In this document: positions 8,599 to 16,128 of the stretch, piece by piece | Numbering within the stretch: position 1 is the first letter of the stretch | Layout: every line of letters begins with the position of its first letter | NCBI GenBank assembly: GCA_018985225.1 | Contig: JADGIF010000121.1 | Span: forward strand, 1 to 18,841 | DNA: 18,841 nucleotides | Origin: Amoeboradix gromovi X-113 | Lineage: Eukaryota; Fungi; Sanchytriomycota | Direction: 5' to 3' | Position numbers and translations under genes: made by a program | Notes under the pieces: model-generated | Databases searched by the model: none | Told to the model about the DNA's origin: nothing | What the model saw: only the letters and a program-made list of their open reading frames with translations

Positions 8599-9423
8599 TT
8601 ATTTCTTTCTTTTTCTGTGTTTAAATGATGCGCCTACTGAAGTGGCGGTTGATTTTCTTTTCAGCTGATTACACATCTCAGATACAGAGGGCTTTATTAA
8701 TTGCTGCAATGGTGAAGAGACTGTTGGTTCTTCTATTTCCTCCTCACCAAATAGAGCATCAAATACATTCTTGTTTGGTCTAATTGTTGCATAATCGTAA
8801 TCTGAATCTACAGATTCCGCCTTTTCGATTTCAACTGGCTCAAAAATCGGTTTTGTAAAATTAATTTTAAAGAGTTTGCATAAGCACTCATTCGGCTTGA
8901 ATTCATGAATAGACCTGCTAGATTTGTTAATTTCAGTAGCAGTTTTTATACTTGATGCTTCTTCTTCTGTTTTTTTATGTTCAAATCCATCAAGTTTTTT
9001 GGTATATAGTAGTGCAGCATTTTTGAATTTTAACAACTTATCACTAAATTCAAGAGGTTTTGAGTGAATGCAGTCTGCTAGATACTGTTTATAATCTGCG
9101 TATTCTGTGCTTCCATAGGGAATAATTCCCTGTAGAGCCAATAATGCTCGGGTGGGATCCACGATATGGGCAGTATTATTCTCCATTACAACACTCGCTT
9201 CTACAGACTTGACTTTAAAACCCTTTGGAACAATTGGTCGATTTACACTTACAGACAATGGTGGGCCAAGTATGTAATTACAATTGTTGCCTTTTGGAAA
9301 AATCACGTTTGCGGGAGTTTGGAGCAACGGTATTTCTCTGCGATTTCCATATATATGCAGCATGTTCATTTTTATCAAAGTGGTAATATTTGGGAAGTCA
9401 TCTTCATCATAATAATCACCCAT
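8599..9423 (-). CDS. Reduced GPATCH1-like spliceosome-associated protein
   Basis: Ordered motifs DYYDEDD, YKQYL, FKNAALLY, SRSIHEFKPNECLCKLFKI and RPNKNVFDALFG, plus a basic C-terminus, resemble GPATCH1 DYMDEED / RYxxyL / TRxxxeWxPxxLLCKRFNv / RPxmdlFkaIF. Confidence 0.6.
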   Translation of the reverse strand: MGDYYDEDDFPNITTLIKMNMLHIYGNRREIPLLQTPANVIFPKGNNCNYILGPPLSVSVNRPIVPKGFKVKSVEASVVMENNTAHIVDPTRALLALQGIIPYGSTEYADYKQYLADCIHSKPLEFSDKLLKFKNAALLYTKKLDGFEHKKTEEEASSIKTATEINKSSRSIHEFKPNECLCKLFKINFTKPIFEPVEIEKAESVDSDYDYATIRPNKNVFDALFGEEEIEEPTVSSPLQQLIKPSVSEMCNQLKRKSTATSVGASFKHRKRKK

Positions 9424-9491
9424 AAAAAAAGTAGAGTGGAACCGGGGGGAGGGTGATATGAATCAAATATTGCAAAACCGGAAGCATAAGT

Positions 9492-9613
9492 TCATTTAAC
9501 TATCGGTCTGCTAGAAAATCAAGAATTTCCACAAAGAGAATAATAAAGCCATCTTTCCCTTTACAATGGCTGCTCACGCTTCCACAACCCTGAAGCAGGA
9601 TTGAATAAGGATG
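9492..9613 (-). repeat. Solo omegaRNA-like / right-end copy D of the Fanzor-like element, without the zinc-ribbon coding part
   Basis: Reverse complement of 9511-9610 aligns ungapped to 231-330 at about 72/100 (e.g. CCTTATTCAATCC, GGAAGCGTGAGCA, GGAAATTCTTGATTTTCT). Confidence 0.8.
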
Positions 9614-10512
9614 TATTTAAGTATAAATAGGACCCATTCTAACAAAATGTCCTCATTTCTAGGTAGGGGAACGCATGGAAACCGCCGTAGGAACCCTAGA
9701 TCTTGGTATCATCAGATACGAAATAAAGACATCTAGATAGAATATGAAACGGTTTTCGGTTGGGATGTTGCAACATATACTAAGCGCTAATCAGCCTAGC
9801 GATTCTGAAAGATACATTGCCAGTGAGTTTTTCATATTTTGAAAAGGCTCAAATGCATATTGTGGGACTAACACATCTTTCCAGGTGGTCCTCCGACTTG
9901 GAGTTGGGGACATCTTCGGAAATTAGGTCCCTAACAGTCACTATCCGCTTACAATTATAGCTTTTTATGTGAGTAGCTTCAAATTGCTTTTCTTCCGGGT
10001 GCAATACATATATTAAATCTACTGTGCGTCTAGTTTGCAGCGAAAGACTCTGCAGCAATTCATAAGCAAGACAATCTCTTGCATTATAGGGAAATTACAT
10101 TTACAACTACAAGTGCTTTAAATCATTATGCCTGTATGTTTTCTTAATTTTAAAATAGATAAATTAAGCGTTGCTCATCGAACAAAAGACAATACTGTTT
10201 CCACATAGACCTGACCTTCTCAACTCAATAAAAACCTTGTTGCTCTTCAATTGTATCTTTAAACTCTTTCCGATGGTACTAATCTTTGCCTTATGTGCTC
10301 TCAAAGCACATTAATAGACATAACATTCATCATTTTTTCCACTCGTAGAACACTTCCGAAGGGCTAGGGGCAATTGCAACCGTAAAAAATTATCGGTTTT
10401 TAAGCAGCTAGAAAAATCTGAAAAGAGAATATATTGGAGTGATATAGCCCACGGAATCGGAATAAATTGCCTTTCCAATTGCAATCGATAAGTTTGGCAA
10501 ATTTTTTCTGAC

Positions 10513-11160
10513 ATGCTCTTATCCCAAGAACTTGCAACAAAATTGGATATCATTTTGTTTCAGAGTTTTAGCACAGAAGCGTTGATAGAGGTGGCAGGCC
10601 AAGCATGCGCCATAGCAATTCAAAAGATTTTCAAGCCTCAGAAAGCAACTGTATTGGTGGGGCCTGGAAATAATGGAAATGACGCAATTGTTTGTGCTAG
10701 ATACTTGAAGCTGTTCGGCTACGATGTCAACATTTTGATACCGAAATTAAAAAATCAGAAATTGAGCTCATTAGATGGGTATGACATACCAGTGGATTAC
10801 GAAATAAACTTTGCAAGATTAGACCAGAGCACTTTAATTGTTGATGGACTACTAGGGTTCAGCGCTGCCGGTCCCATCAGAGAACCTTATAAATCATTGA
10901 TAGAGTACATGTGCAGTACAAAAAGTTATTGCGTTTCAATCGATGTTCCCAGTGGTTGGGACGTTTCTTTGGGAGATATATACAGGTCCAATTTTACACC
11001 TGAGATGTTAGTAAGCCTAACAGCTCCAAAGGAATGCACCAAACACTACAACGGAATTCATTTTGTTGGAGGCAGATTCATTAACCCAAAATTACAAAAA
11101 GAATTTGGTATACACATAGATTATCTTGGTGGGGAACTAGTTAAGCGGATAGACAAATAA
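10513..11160 (+). CDS. NNR1: NAD(P)H-hydrate epimerase (YjeF_N domain)
   Basis: LIEVAGQACA, VLVGPGNNGNDAIVCARYL, IVDGLLGFS..GPIREPY, SIDVPSGWDV, PEMLVSLTAPK, HFVGGRFI. Confidence 0.95.
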   Translation: MLLSQELATKLDIILFQSFSTEALIEVAGQACAIAIQKIFKPQKATVLVGPGNNGNDAIVCARYLKLFGYDVNILIPKLKNQKLSSLDGYDIPVDYEINFARLDQSTLIVDGLLGFSAAGPIREPYKSLIEYMCSTKSYCVSIDVPSGWDVSLGDIYRSNFTPEMLVSLTAPKECTKHYNGIHFVGGRFINPKLQKEFGIHIDYLGGELVKRIDK

Positions 11161-11162
11161 AT

Positions 11163-13673
11163 TTAGTGGTTTTCCATCCATTGTTCAATGTCCTTAATCT
11201 TTTCTCCTGTAAGCAATTTAGGTCTAAAATCTTTAGGTTTAAATCTGGGCCAGTATACTAACGCACATCTGAACACAGAAATTATACGGATTATAGAAGA
11301 TATGAGCTTATAAATTGGAAAAGTAAGAATTGTGGTTAGCGATATGCGAATATCTGGTCTGTTTCTACAGCTTATGTAGTTCCATGCCAAAATAGAGCCA
11401 GTATTTAAAATTAGCATAGAAGAGAAGGTTATGCCAAATACACCGGGCTCGTGTGTCATGTAAAATACGATCCCTGGAATTTTCAGCCAATCAATGAGAT
11501 TCGTATATAAACTATACAACTGGAAGAATTTCAACACCAGTGTCTGAAATGGGCTATTTTTAACATAGCCAAAGCACAAACATTTTATGTATCTCCAAGT
11601 AAGCATATGTTCTGCAAAATCCCAACTGCGAACACGCTGATTATAGTAATTAGGAGATGGTCCTAAAATAGAAGCCGGGGTGGCTGTGTTAACAACAGCA
11701 TCTGCATAATATCCTAGTCTGTAACCACGTCTAGTTAGCCACATACCCATCTTAACATCATCTGCATAGAATATAGCGTCATGATCAATTAGAATCTTCA
11801 AAAGAATTTCTTTATCCCATAAACTTATAGCACCGTGAGGATACATGACAGAGCTGTATTGATCCTGGAATATTTTAACAAAATCAGACACTTTATACTC
11901 CATATCTTGCCATTTAGTCCATAAAACCTTTTGCTTACCTTTGTTGTCCACCCCTCGTATTCCTATAACAAGAGCCTTTGTATTTCCTTCAATTCTTTCA
12001 ACCGGAAATCGCAAATGTGGACTAATTGTCACGTCATCATCGATTATCATGATATGTTTAATATCGTTTCTTTCCTTCACTATTTGGCGAACTGCAAGGT
12101 ATTGAGCTAAAGTTTTACTTCCAATATTGTTCCATCTATAATTTATTTTGGGGTGCATTTTTTTAATTACCTCCAAAGTGTCGTCCATTGGTTTTTTTTC
12201 GTTACCATTATCAGCTATAAAAATGTTTTGAGGCTCCAAATGAACTAAAGCTGCTCGAAGGGTTTCGGAAATGGCTTCTGAACTTTTGTGGCACGTTATT
12301 ATTAAGGCAATTGAGGGGTTCTCTTTGTTATTCCTTTGTTTCTTTGGAAGTGGTGGATATCTGCACAGTAGAACGCATGCTAGCACTACACTGGGATCTA
12401 TCATCAGAAATTGCACCAGCAAAAGAGATGCATTAATTGAGCAAAACTGAGAAAGGATATCATACCCTGAAGGAATAACAGTGAATCCGGAAAGGAAAGT
12501 GCCGACAAAGGCATATAAAACGTACAAAAAGATTTTGCGCCGAGTTAAGGGAATGAAGAAAGGCTTAATGTTAAAAATGCTGACAACGAATTTGAAATCG
12601 ATGGCTGTCAAAAAATAGAGTTCTTCTTTTAGAGTTGCAGGTTCATAAAAGTCTTCCTCGCTATCTGTTATGTTGTTTTTATGTCCGATAAGATTTGTTG
12701 ATATCAAATCATGCAACCTGCTTTCAGAAGCGGTTTTCTTGTTAAGTCGCTGAGATCCATTCAGCCGTAATTTATCTACTTCATGTTTATATTGTCTAGG
12801 CTCCCTTTTAAGTGAAGTAGACTTATTTTCAGATTCTACTCGTCGCTTTCTAGGCCCAGTTTTTAAATACTCCTCAGAGGCAAAAGTTTCCTGTAAATTT
12901 TGCATGCTACTCATAGGTAGATCTTTAGTAATTCTAACACCCTGCGGACCGGTCTTTAAAAACGGATTTGTGTTAACTTCACTTTGGAGGCCGTAGAGGC
13001 TTCCCATCACCAATGGAGCTTTCTCAGTATACCGTGCCTGCTCTTTTGATTTATGTTCCCTGATTAGTGGTAATCTAGCTGTACCAGATTCCATTTCGTA
13101 AGGTTGAACTTCATTTCTAAAATTTCTTGTATTTTGGGCAGTTTTTGACTCATTCTTAAGCCTAGTTAACATCAAAGGCTCCGCAAACTCTTCAATTATT
13201 ACTTTACGCTTAGTCTGTGGATACTCATTGGTTGTAGAGCTGATGTTATTTAGTTTTGGCAATTGCCCGTCAGACAAAACGCTTCGGCTCTCGCCTTTTT
13301 TATCTTTCAAAATAAGCAGCTTAGTCAGAATGCTTACAAAGTCAATGAGAACATGTTCTTTTGGGGATGAAAATAATACATGTTCGTTCGCTGTTTTTAC
13401 TTCGCATTTAAACTTTTTGCTGTCGGAAATCTCAGCGTCCTCGATAGAACGCGTAACTTTTAATATATCTTCTATTAAAATTGTTCTAGTGCCACGGGAA
13501 GACAAACAAACGAGCTGCTGTCGATAAACCTGCACCAATTGTGAGACCAATTTACCGTTTGTCTCCATATAAAGATTACCTTCCCATTTAATGTATTTCA
13601 GCTGGTCCCCAGAGTCCGCCCTTCTTATTTCTGCCAAATTTTCTGGATAAACTTGTACCTTTTTTTTGAACAT
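11163..13673 (-). CDS. Processive family-2 glycosyltransferase (polysaccharide synthase-like) with an N-terminal PH-like domain
   Basis: TM helices followed by IFIADNG, MIIDDDV, WQDMEY, HGAISLW, ADDVKMG and QRVRSWD (D,D,D,QxxRW-type), then C-terminal TM helices. Residues ~27-120 show a PH-like pattern. Confidence 0.85.
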   Translation of the reverse strand: MFKKKVQVYPENLAEIRRADSGDQLKYIKWEGNLYMETNGKLVSQLVQVYRQQLVCLSSRGTRTILIEDILKVTRSIEDAEISDSKKFKCEVKTANEHVLFSSPKEHVLIDFVSILTKLLILKDKKGESRSVLSDGQLPKLNNISSTTNEYPQTKRKVIIEEFAEPLMLTRLKNESKTAQNTRNFRNEVQPYEMESGTARLPLIREHKSKEQARYTEKAPLVMGSLYGLQSEVNTNPFLKTGPQGVRITKDLPMSSMQNLQETFASEEYLKTGPRKRRVESENKSTSLKREPRQYKHEVDKLRLNGSQRLNKKTASESRLHDLISTNLIGHKNNITDSEEDFYEPATLKEELYFLTAIDFKFVVSIFNIKPFFIPLTRRKIFLYVLYAFVGTFLSGFTVIPSGYDILSQFCSINASLLLVQFLMIDPSVVLACVLLCRYPPLPKKQRNNKENPSIALIITCHKSSEAISETLRAALVHLEPQNIFIADNGNEKKPMDDTLEVIKKMHPKINYRWNNIGSKTLAQYLAVRQIVKERNDIKHIMIIDDDVTISPHLRFPVERIEGNTKALVIGIRGVDNKGKQKVLWTKWQDMEYKVSDFVKIFQDQYSSVMYPHGAISLWDKEILLKILIDHDAIFYADDVKMGMWLTRRGYRLGYYADAVVNTATPASILGPSPNYYNQRVRSWDFAEHMLTWRYIKCLCFGYVKNSPFQTLVLKFFQLYSLYTNLIDWLKIPGIVFYMTHEPGVFGITFSSMLILNTGSILAWNYISCRNRPDIRISLTTILTFPIYKLISSIIRIISVFRCALVYWPRFKPKDFRPKLLTGEKIKDIEQWMENH

Positions 13674-13786
13674 GAGTGACAGATTATCTCGGTTCTTGTA
13701 TTGTGGCTTTTTAAAAATATCAGTTTAATAAAAGTACTGAAGCAAAATTGATTCAAGTGAAATTTCACGAACTCACACAATAGGAG

Positions 13787-13999
13787 ATGTTTATTCGGAC
13801 AGCTCTACATTTACAGAAAATTACTTTGGGAGCAGTGCAACCTAAATACCTGCTGAACTTCAAATGCAAGATTTGCGATTCACAGAACCAGTATGTTGTT
13901 AATAAAGTATCTTACGAAAAGGGATTGGTTCTTTGTAGTTGCAAGAACTGCCAAAATAGACATATAATCAAAGATAATATTAAATGGCTATCAGGTTAA
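13787..13999 (+). CDS. ZIM17: Mitochondrial Hsp70 escort protein, DNL-type zinc finger (Zim17/Hep1/DNLZ)
   Basis: FKCKICDSQNQYVVNKVSYEKGLVLCSCKNCQNRHIIKDNI matches zf-DNL (FTCxxC...SKxAYxKGxVxxxCxxCxxxHLIADxL), with a short presequence-like N-terminus. Confidence 0.9.
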   Translation: MFIRTALHLQKITLGAVQPKYLLNFKCKICDSQNQYVVNKVSYEKGLVLCSCKNCQNRHIIKDNIKWLSG

Positions 14000-14009
14000 T
14001 AAATTTATT
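13998..14009. terminator. Palindromic bidirectional polyadenylation-like element AATAAATTTATT
   Basis: Perfect 12-nt palindrome overlapping the ZIM17 stop codon. Related motifs occur at other convergent gene ends (11156-11165, 15592-15600). Confidence 0.55.
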
Positions 14010-14020
14010 TACATTTGTTA

Positions 14021-14200
14021 TTAACGACAACATGGATGGTCATCTTCATGAAAGGTGGACTCTAGTAAGACGATTTTATCTTCCGCATGGATGAATATAT
14101 CAGTTGGAACAGTTCTAAGTACTATACATTGCTCGGTAAATGGCAGAGGCGTGGAAAAATAACCATTGCTTGATTCACATTCAGGCATAAAAGAAACCAT
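14021..14200 (-). CDS. Possible small protein of unknown function (59 aa)
   Basis: ATG 14200 to TAA 14021. Converges on ZIM17 across the bidirectional AATAAATTTATT element, as real gene pairs do here. No recognisable domain. Confidence 0.3.
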   Translation of the reverse strand: MVSFMPECESSNGYFSTPLPFTEQCIVLRTVPTDIFIHAEDKIVLLESTFHEDDHPCCR

Positions 14201-14253
14201 TACTGCTTTAAGGGGAATTTTGCCTCGTCTTTTGTTTAGCTGACATTGCACAT

Positions 14254-14320
14254 GAAAACTAATTTATAAATCGCCAATTTACAAATTTCGTCTTAAGTAC
14301 AAGCATCCCTTTCATGAGCA
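14254..14320 (+). repeat. Internally deleted trace of the Fanzor-like 3' end, copy E
   Basis: GAAAACTAATTTATAAA matches 134-150 at 16/17. It is followed collinearly by TACAAA..TC.T.T.AAG (cf. 161-179) and AAGTACAAGCATCCCTTTCA (cf. 219-239 AAGTATCTGCATCCCTATTCA). Confidence 0.55.
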
Positions 14321-14428
14321 AACTTTTGGATGAATTAATTAAATTTTAATTTAACAATTCTCTCCAATCATTTTTACTGATTTTGATCTAAATAAAAATC
14401 CATACTGCTACCCCATTCGTAACGAGAA

Positions 14429-15586
14429 ATGCCGCTTTTTGAAAAACTGCGAGAGAAATTCAAACACATTAAACTTGATGAGGATGAGGAGTCCAAGCTG
14501 GCTGCTAATTCTGCTATAAATAGGTTAGATTCGACAAATATAATCAGTCCCAAGGATATGCTTTTTCCGATTGAACCAAGAGAAAGAAGACTCTCTCAAC
14601 AGTTTCCTGTCGAATACTTCTATTCTATTAAAGAGACTCTCGGTCAGGGAACTTTTGCTAAAGTAGTCACAGTTTTAGATAAACAAACGAAAGAAGAATT
14701 TGCCATGAAGGTAATTGATAAACAGAAATTAGCAGGTAGAAAAATTAGCATACGAGAAGAAATTAGTATCATGAGAAAGGTGTCGCATCCCAACATTCTT
14801 TCACTTAGGAAAGAGAAATCTATTTTTGAGACTCCTCAACACTATTATCTCGTTATGCCTATCGCTCGTGGTGGGGAGTTATTCCAAGAAATAGTAGGAA
14901 GAGGATCTTTTACCGAATCTGATGCCAGACTTGTTATGAACCAGATTATAAACGGAGTATTTTATTTACACTCTCAAAATATCGTTCATCGTGATATCAA
15001 ACCTGAAAACCTGTTACTCACAGAGAAGTTACCTATTGGAAATGTCATGATCACTGATTTTGGATTGAGCAAAGTACTTGCAAATGATGACTTTATGCTT
15101 AAAACTGCTTGTGGAACGTATTTTTGCAATTAACGTAGTCCTGCATATGTAGCACCTGAAGTTATATTAAGAAAGGGATATGGTAAGCCATGTGATGCTT
15201 GGTCAATTGGAATAATTATGTATGTGATGTTATGTGGCTATGTACCCTTTTATGGGGATTCTCAGCAAGCTATATTTTATGAAATTGTAAAGCTGCAGCC
15301 AGAGTTTGATGCTGAATACTGGGGACATGTTTCTAAAGATGCAAAAGATCTAATTTTACGGTTATTAGACAAGGATCCGCAAACGAGAATAACAATGAAG
15401 GAAGCTTTGGAGCATCCATGGATTACATCTAAAGATAAAGGCGCAGAACTAATACAGAACTATCACTGCAATAAGACATTTAAGAAAGCCGTAAACGCTG
15501 TACGAGCTGCAAAAAGAATTCAATCTGCGGCAATGGGAAGAAAAGACAGCAAAGAACATAAAGGGCCTATTGAAGTTGTAAAATAA
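14429..15586 (+). CDS. Ca2+/calmodulin-dependent protein kinase (CaMK-I/CMK-like); two exons 14429-15117 + 15139-15586, 378 aa
   Basis: LGQGTFAKV, AMKVI, GGELF, HRDIKPENLL, DFGLSK, spliced KTACGTPAYVAPE, DAWSIG, and CaM-binding FKKAVNAVRAAKRI. Joins ORF-track entries 14429..15133 and 15218..15586. Confidence 0.95.
15118..15138 (+). other. 21-nt spliceosomal intron GTATTTTTGCAATTAACGTAG
   Basis: GT..AG ends, in-frame TAA at 15131-15133, and removal restores the conserved kinase activation segment CGT-PAYVAPE exactly. Confidence 0.92.
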
Positions 15587-15601
15587 TAGTAAAATTTATT
15601 T

Positions 15602-16051
15602 TTAATCATTCTGCTCATTTTCATTAAATAAATCCAAATTTGGAATGCCTTTGGAAAACTTCTGAATTTCTTGAAGAAGCACGATAGAAGTGACTAGCTC
15701 GTTCACAAGAAAAGAAGAAACAGGAAGTGTGCAAAATTCCTCGGTAATTGGCGCTTTGTATTCATCAAACCTATTACTGGTAGCAAATAAACATTTTGCT
15801 TTTTCTTTTATACGTTTCCATTCAGATAAGCACTCAAGTCTATCGCGCCTTTTTCGATTGCAAAACCAGATTCTAACCTTCTCACGAATAACGCATCGCT
15901 GTTCAGCGACTTTGGTAATAATTTCAGTCTCCACTTTACCTGAACTTTCGTTATAAGTAGTTTCCAGATAATCCACATCATCTTTACATAAAGTCATTTT
16001 TAGGTTTTTCTTGAGCACCTTTTTACAGGAAAGAATCTTTGATAAATCCAT
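15602..16051 (-). CDS. Homeodomain transcription factor
   Basis: LETTYN helix 1, ITKVAEQ helix 2, recognition helix EKVRIWFCNRKRRDR. Confidence 0.85.
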   Translation of the reverse strand: MDLSKILSCKKVLKKNLKMTLCKDDVDYLETTYNESSGKVETEIITKVAEQRCVIREKVRIWFCNRKRRDRLECLSEWKRIKEKAKCLFATSNRFDEYKAPITEEFCTLPVSSFLVNELVTSIVLLQEIQKFSKGIPNLDLFNENEQND

Positions 16052-16058
16052 TAAATGA

Positions 16059-16128
16059 TCGTGAAAATCCTGGAACTTGGAGAAATTTAAGATCCAGGAA
16101 ATGTACCGAAAGTTAGACTTTTAGCTGC
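16059..16128 (-). repeat. Possible weak trace of the element right end, copy F
   Basis: Reverse strand ends CAGGATTTTCACGA (copy B: CAGGACTTTTAACGA). It shares GAGAAA and AAAGTTAG-N6-AGCT with copy C at near-identical spacing. Short and AT-rich. Confidence 0.35.

Noticed and set aside
9448-9454. GGAGGGT matching the start of the copy B putative guide (351-357)
   Set aside because: Only 7 nt; not significant as a target.
9675-9765. Plus-strand METAVGTLDLGIIRY as a RuvC-I remnant
   Set aside because: Opposite strand to adjacent copy D, only a 4-residue motif and flanked by stops; too weak.
15131-15133. Stop-codon reassignment (TAA/TAG = Gln) to explain the split kinase
   Set aside because: Readthrough would insert 7 residues into the conserved GT-PxYxAPE segment, and conserved genes here end at TAA/TAG in the expected places.
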